Source: Thermodesulfobacteriota bacterium (GTDB lineage: Bacteria > Desulfobacterota > Desulfobulbia > Desulfobulbales > SURF-16). From it: a stretch of DNA of 10,947 nucleotides. The notes under the pieces are model-generated. The model was not told the origin of the DNA. It did no database searches and was given only the letters and a program-made list of their open reading frames with translations. Made by a program: the position numbers and the translations under genes. The stretch spans positions 1-10,947 of the forward strand of contig JBFMAY010000068.1 of assembly GCA_040755455.1 (NCBI GenBank). Direction: 5' to 3'. The stretch's first letter is position 1. Each line of letters starts with the position of its first letter. Positions 6,839 through 10,947 of the stretch are shown here, piece after piece.

Positions 6839-7969
6839 ATGCAAGACAGCCCCATCATAATGATCGTTGATGACAAGGAAAACAATGTCAGGCTGCTGGA
6901 ATGTTTTTTACTTCCATACGGCTATCGGGTGTTCAAGGCATATGATGGCAGACAGGCGTTACAACTGTTGGAAGAGGCCGCGGTTGATTTGATTTTTCTG
7001 GATATCGTCATGCCCGGATTGAACGGCTTTGATGTCCTGAAGATTATTAAGGGAAATGAAAAAAACAGATTCATTCCGGTGATTCTGCTTACCGCCGTCA
7101 CCTCAAAAGAGAACAGAATCAAGGGGCTCGAACTGGGGGCTGATGATTTCATCTCAAAACCCTTTGATTCCAGTGAGCTACTGGCCAGAACCAAATCACT
7201 TTTGAGAATCAAAACCCTGTACGACAGACTCCAACAGAGTTACGAAGACTTAAAGAAAGCGGAACAAGGCAGGGAACTGATCACCCATATGGTCGCCCAT
7301 GATATGAGAAGTCCCCTGCTGGTGATCCATGGCTCTCTTGAGTTGCTGTCAACGGAATTGGAAAAACGTTTTCCATGCCTTGAAAAATTTGATGACTTTC
7401 TTCATCCGCAAACTATCGTGGGGATGTGCAAGCGATTGGAAAGGTTAATTGATGACATGTTGGACACATGTAAAATTGAAGACGGCCGGTTTGTGTTGAC
7501 CCGAGAATCCGTCGACGTTGATGATCTCTTCCGCAAACTGATAAATGAATATAAGGGAGAGGCGGTTAAGAAATCCGCTGAAATTCACTGTCAAACGGCA
7601 AATGACCTTCCGCCGTTTGAGGTTGACCGCAATCTCATAACCAGAGTGCTTGAAAACCTGATTTTTAATGCATTGAAAAATATTTCAATTAAAGGAGAAA
7701 TTTGTCTCAAGGCCTTTTTTGATATTTCCGCCGGTCTCGTGCATATCTGTGTTGCTGACAACGGCTGCGGCATCCCGCCGGAATATCTCTCCAGCATCTT
7801 TGATAAATATGCCCAGGTGAGAATGAAAAGAGAAGGGGTGACTCACAGCCCGGGGCTGGGATTGACTTTCTGCAAAATGGCCGTGGAGGCCCACGGTGGC
7901 AATATATGGGTGGAAAGCGCTCCAGGAAAGGGCAGCGCCTTTTCCTTTACCCTTCCGGTGAGGGGGTGA
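6839..7969 (+). CDS. Cytoplasmic hybrid histidine kinase (REC-HisKA-HATPase)
   Basis: REC IMIVDD, IFLDIVMPGLNG, GADDFISKPF; H-box MVAHDMRSPL; NLIFNALK, DNGCGI, IFDKY, GLGLTFCK, HGG.IWVES.PGKGS.F. SD GGAGAG upstream. Confidence 0.93.
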   Translation: MQDSPIIMIVDDKENNVRLLECFLLPYGYRVFKAYDGRQALQLLEEAAVDLIFLDIVMPGLNGFDVLKIIKGNEKNRFIPVILLTAVTSKENRIKGLELGADDFISKPFDSSELLARTKSLLRIKTLYDRLQQSYEDLKKAEQGRELITHMVAHDMRSPLLVIHGSLELLSTELEKRFPCLEKFDDFLHPQTIVGMCKRLERLIDDMLDTCKIEDGRFVLTRESVDVDDLFRKLINEYKGEAVKKSAEIHCQTANDLPPFEVDRNLITRVLENLIFNALKNISIKGEICLKAFFDISAGLVHICVADNGCGIPPEYLSSIFDKYAQVRMKREGVTHSPGLGLTFCKMAVEAHGGNIWVESAPGKGSAFSFTLPVRG

Positions 7970-7996
7970 GAGAGCGCACACATGAAGCGCGCACTC
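7970..7996. terminator. Weak hairpin between convergent genes, possible terminator
   Basis: GAGAGCGCAC(7970-7979)/GCGCGCACTC(7987-7996) imperfect stem in the 44-bp gap between convergent stop codons; no clear U tract. Confidence 0.25.
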
Positions 7997-8013
7997 CTTG
8001 TATCTCCAGGAAA

Positions 8014-8805
8014 CTACAACTTGCGCCCTTTCAGTGCCAAAAGCCCAATAAGACCGGAGCCCAGCAGCCAGACTGCGCCGGGGACGGGAACCGGGCTACC
8101 GCTTAAAGAAAAATCATTGAAAGTCGCTTTTCCACTGGCTTGCAAGGCGACGAGCACGCTGTCGATGTGAGAATTCGGTTCAAAATTGATGATATTGATC
8201 AACTCCTCGCCAGTTTCATGATTCGTCAACAAGATATCAAAATAACCGCTGGAGTCGATCCAGACGTTTAAACCATAAAAAGTACCGTAATCCAACCGCC
8301 CTGTTAAGTCATTTCGTATCAGACGGTTGTTTGTTCCCGAAACACATTCCTGGAAACCAAAATAGAATTCATTTGCCGACGGTTCGTAATCAACTTGCAT
8401 GCCGATAACATATGAGTTTCCAAAGTCAGTCGTGAGCAGCAATCCACCGCCGACAGCGCTGCTATACGGATCGACATCCGGCGCATCAAACCTGATCAGG
8501 GTACTGACGGTTAGATTAGATGTCTTGAATCTCGCACCATTTAGGGCAAAGCTCTGAGTTGGGCCAATATCATTCTCATCACTATAATCAAAGGTGTCCG
8601 CACGATATCCAAGATCCCCGGAATAGGAGGCCGATATGGGGACAAAGTCCCAGACCGGCGTCGGAATATAGCCCAAATCAAAAATCATCCATTGAGAACT
8701 TGTTTGACTTGGGTCATCAAAGTTATCCTCAAAAACTATTGCAGCATTCGCTGAACCGGAAAACAACAAAACTGTGACCAAAGCCGTTAATGTTTTCTTC
8801 CACAT
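8014..8805 (-). CDS. Secreted protein with VPLPA-CTERM/PEP-CTERM sorting signal (exosortase substrate)
   Basis: Start reassigned to ATG at 8805 (GGAGG 7 nt upstream). Signal peptide MWKKTLTALVTVLLFSGSANA|AIVFEDNFD. C-terminus VPVPGAVWLLGSGLIGLLALKGRKL = motif, TM helix, basic tail. Acidic beta-rich body. Confidence 0.9.
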   Translation of the reverse strand: MWKKTLTALVTVLLFSGSANAAIVFEDNFDDPSQTSSQWMIFDLGYIPTPVWDFVPISASYSGDLGYRADTFDYSDENDIGPTQSFALNGARFKTSNLTVSTLIRFDAPDVDPYSSAVGGGLLLTTDFGNSYVIGMQVDYEPSANEFYFGFQECVSGTNNRLIRNDLTGRLDYGTFYGLNVWIDSSGYFDILLTNHETGEELINIINFEPNSHIDSVLVALQASGKATFNDFSLSGSPVPVPGAVWLLGSGLIGLLALKGRKL

Positions 8806-9025
8806 CTTCATTCCTCCGTAAATGATAAGTAATCGCTTTTTAAGCGATGGGCCTGGAGAGGAAAATCCCCCCTTCCATCTCTTTGCGCCGCCCCAAAAAG
8901 CGCCAAAAACTATCATTTTCCAGGTTGGCCGGCCCAAGAATAGAAATAACCTTAATTCCAGCCGTCATGCCTGCCAAAAATCTATACGGTGAACATGGTT
9001 TGTTCGAAAATACCTTGAAAAGCAA

Positions 9026-10024
9026 TTACTCTTTCTCGGAAAATATGTCAACTTCAAACCCCTCCTTGGGGGTAATCGTATATTTCTTTGCCAGGCGCTG
9101 CGGACCCAGTGCCAGCTTGGCCTTGCGTAAACTTTCGATCCCCAAATCCTCCATCCTGTTGATATAGACGCAATCTGCCCATACCTGTTCGCAGAAGGTC
9201 TGGCTCAGGCATTGACTCAGTCCGAGATAAGCGTGATCCGCCTTCTCGATATGAATCAGCGCGGTTTGCCCGTTGAGCTTTTCCCCGACCGTGAAGGCCC
9301 GTATCTTTCCATCTATGCGTACTGCCAGGCCGGCAAGTTCCAGTTCTGCAAAGTTTAACAGGATCTTCCGGGCGGTTTCGACCTCGGCCTTCAAAAAGAC
9401 AACCGGATCAGGCGGGGGATCAGCATGGATATCGATTTTCTGCGCCAAGGCCAGGAGTTTCCTCTCCAGCCACTCATCGTTAAACCGCAGACATTCCTCC
9501 AGATTGCCGTGATGCAAAAACTCAACACAGTATTGAGGGTAGTTTTCCTTGAATCGCTTGATAAAATTCCTCTGGCCGTGATAGCGTCTGCCATGCAGGC
9601 TTATCAAATCCTCTGACCGATAGATATAATCCGAGATGTCCAAATCTTCGTGGACAATGTATCTGTCCTGAACCCCCAGATAGGTAAGGACGAATTCTTC
9701 CGCGGCGCGCCGCATGACGGGCCGGATATTTCGCCTTCGCATGAGCTCAAAACAGGCATCCAGGGATTCCAGGATACTGTCTCGGCCCAGAGGCGGAAAA
9801 AAGAACTCTTTTTCCGGGGTCATATCGGTATCACTGAACAGACAGATCGTGTCTTTAAACCTGCTGAGCTGGATATTGTAAAATTCCTGCCAGATGAACA
9901 GGTTGGTAAAACAGCGATCGGATATCTCCGGCTGCAGTTGCCGGAAATAAGGGAGCAGGTATGCTCTATCACGCAATTCCAACGCCCTGAATGCCGGGAA
10001 TTCCGGAATGCCGTTACTGTTCAT
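9026..10024 (-). CDS. Stand-alone DUF2156 / phosphatidylglycerol lysyltransferase C-terminal-domain family protein (tandem GNAT/Fem fold)
   Basis: Family motifs ISDRCFTNLFIW, FFFPPLG, DYIY...DLISL.G.RYHGQRNFIKRF, AFTVGE, IHIEKA...Y.G, YINRMEDLGIESLRKAKL. No TM segments. ATG overlaps the upstream TGA (TGATG). Confidence 0.85.
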   Translation of the reverse strand: MNSNGIPEFPAFRALELRDRAYLLPYFRQLQPEISDRCFTNLFIWQEFYNIQLSRFKDTICLFSDTDMTPEKEFFFPPLGRDSILESLDACFELMRRRNIRPVMRRAAEEFVLTYLGVQDRYIVHEDLDISDYIYRSEDLISLHGRRYHGQRNFIKRFKENYPQYCVEFLHHGNLEECLRFNDEWLERKLLALAQKIDIHADPPPDPVVFLKAEVETARKILLNFAELELAGLAVRIDGKIRAFTVGEKLNGQTALIHIEKADHAYLGLSQCLSQTFCEQVWADCVYINRMEDLGIESLRKAKLALGPQRLAKKYTITPKEGFEVDIFSEKE

Positions 10025-10428
10025 CAGAGCCTAACCGTATCTTTGTAATATTTCAGGCCCCGCTCGATAAGATTTGTTTCTCTTTCCTTATTGGGGTAGT
10101 AGCGGGCAACAAATTCCAGGATGCGCGGGATTATCGCCTGATCGATGTACGAGCAAGTATATAAATCGATGCTGACAAACCCCTTATCCGTCAAGGTGTG
10201 CAGCTGAATGCCTGATTCGACCAGTCCCACCCAGCCGGATAAGCCGCCCTTTCCCTGCCATTCTGTCGGAGTAACATAGATATGCGGCAGACTTTGCTTA
10301 TGCATGCCGATATGCTCCGGCAGTTTATTCAGAAAATTATAACCAAGGCTGAGATCATCGCACCTGGCAGGACTCACATCATAGAGGTCCATGGTAAGCA
10401 AATACCCGAATATCTTACTTTGTTCCAT
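10024..10428 (-). CDS. speD: S-adenosylmethionine decarboxylase (class 1b, pyruvoyl-dependent) proenzyme-like protein
   Basis: G..L.MDLY, GGLSG, cleavage site LVE71|S72, HT (His77), SIDLYTC (Cys92); 134 aa; SD AAGGAG upstream. Substrate not certain (ESG and HTL instead of ESH and HTW). Confidence 0.8.
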   Translation of the reverse strand: MEQSKIFGYLLTMDLYDVSPARCDDLSLGYNFLNKLPEHIGMHKQSLPHIYVTPTEWQGKGGLSGWVGLVESGIQLHTLTDKGFVSIDLYTCSYIDQAIIPRILEFVARYYPNKERETNLIERGLKYYKDTVRL

Positions 10429-10469
10429 TATTACTCTCCTTTCTGCAACAAAGCTGAGTCAGTAAAAAT

Positions 10470-10544
10470 TGGAGGCGACGAATGGAATCGAACCACTGGA
10501 AAAAGGTTTTGCAGACCTTCGCCTTACCACTTGGCTACGTCGCC
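10470..10544 (-). tRNA. trnC: tRNA-Cys (GCA)
   Basis: Minus strand GGCGACG TA GCC AAGTGGTAA GGC G AAGGT CT-GCA-AA ACCTT TTTCC AGTGG TTCGATT CCATT CGTCGCC T CCA: full cloverleaf, 75 nt, U73 discriminator, encoded CCA. Confidence 0.97.
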
Positions 10545-10575
10545 TTTCGTTTATTCCTATCTTAATAATCTTAAG

Positions 10576-10591
10576 AGCATTAATTATGCCA
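10576..10591 (-). promoter_or_regulatory. Putative sigma54 (-24/-12) promoter upstream of tRNA-Cys
   Basis: Minus strand TGGCAT-AATTA-ATGCT versus consensus TGGCAC-N5-TTGCW, exact GG-N10-GC spacing. Predicted start near 10565, about 20 nt before the tRNA 5' end. Confidence 0.6.
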
Positions 10592-10947
10592 TGTATGACT
10601 TTGAGGCTGGCCATCACTATGACAAAAAACAGCTGGTTAGCTGGTCATCATGCAGGGAACCCTATGAGGGTAAGTTGGGATGAGATGTTGCCGGGGAAGA
10701 TAGTTGACGATATGTATCTTTTTGCTACGATTATTGCTTCTGCTGCAGGGAATTATTAACGGAATGTGTTGAATTATCTATGTTTTTCTGATTTCGTATC
10801 ATTTTCTATACAGTTTAAAATTTTTACTACACCTTGTCTTTATAATTCTCAACCTTAATGCCATAACGTTTTATCTTGTCATAGAGGTTTGGACGGATAA
10901 TCCCTGTCTCCCTTGCCGCCTGAGCGATATTTCCCTTGCAGTGCTTC

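Noticed and set aside
8806..8937. N-terminal 44 aa of the 307-aa ORF call
   Set aside because: The signal peptide and SD fit a start at 8805; the extension is likely non-coding.
8885..8980. sigma54 promoter for the PEP-CTERM gene (TTGGCAGG.. and TTGGCGCT.. on the minus strand)
   Set aside because: Both candidates give GG-N11-GC rather than the strict N10 spacing.
10470..10490. tRNA 3' end as attachment site of an integrated island
   Set aside because: No integrase in the window and only about 9-bp chance matches (near 6707 and 8145) inside genes; a distant att copy outside the window cannot be excluded.
10282..10759. Plus-strand ORFs 10282..10683 and 10469..10759
   Set aside because: They run antisense through tRNA-Cys and/or speD; MEATNGIEP is a typical antisense-tRNA translation artefact.
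10848..10864. Second sigma54-like motif TGGCAT-TAAGG-TTGAG on the minus strand
   Set aside because: The -12 element is GA rather than GC and no gene starts nearby.

Overview
Bacterial DNA of roughly 50% GC; gene content suggests Desulfobacterota (deltaproteobacterial) origin, which is inference. The left 8 kb is a + strand signal-transduction cluster: the tail of a receiver-domain gene, a CheD-HDOD fusion, CheR, a REC-HisKA protein with no ATPase domain, a 1120-aa membrane hybrid kinase (sensor-HAMP-PAS-GAF-coiled coil-HisKA-HATPase-REC-REC) and a REC-HisKA-HATPase kinase. No CheA, CheW, CheB or MCP is present in the window. The large kinase carries Q/EE heptads resembling methyl-accepting coiled coils, suggesting a receptor-less CheD/CheR adaptation system. 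A 204-bp MITE (25-bp TIRs, TAA duplication) is inserted at the cheR stop codon. The right 3 kb is on the - strand: a sigma54-type promoter, tRNA-Cys(GCA), a divergent SpeD-like pyruvoyl decarboxylase translationally coupled to a DUF2156 (aminoacyl-tRNA-dependent transferase fold) protein, then a VPLPA/PEP-CTERM surface protein.
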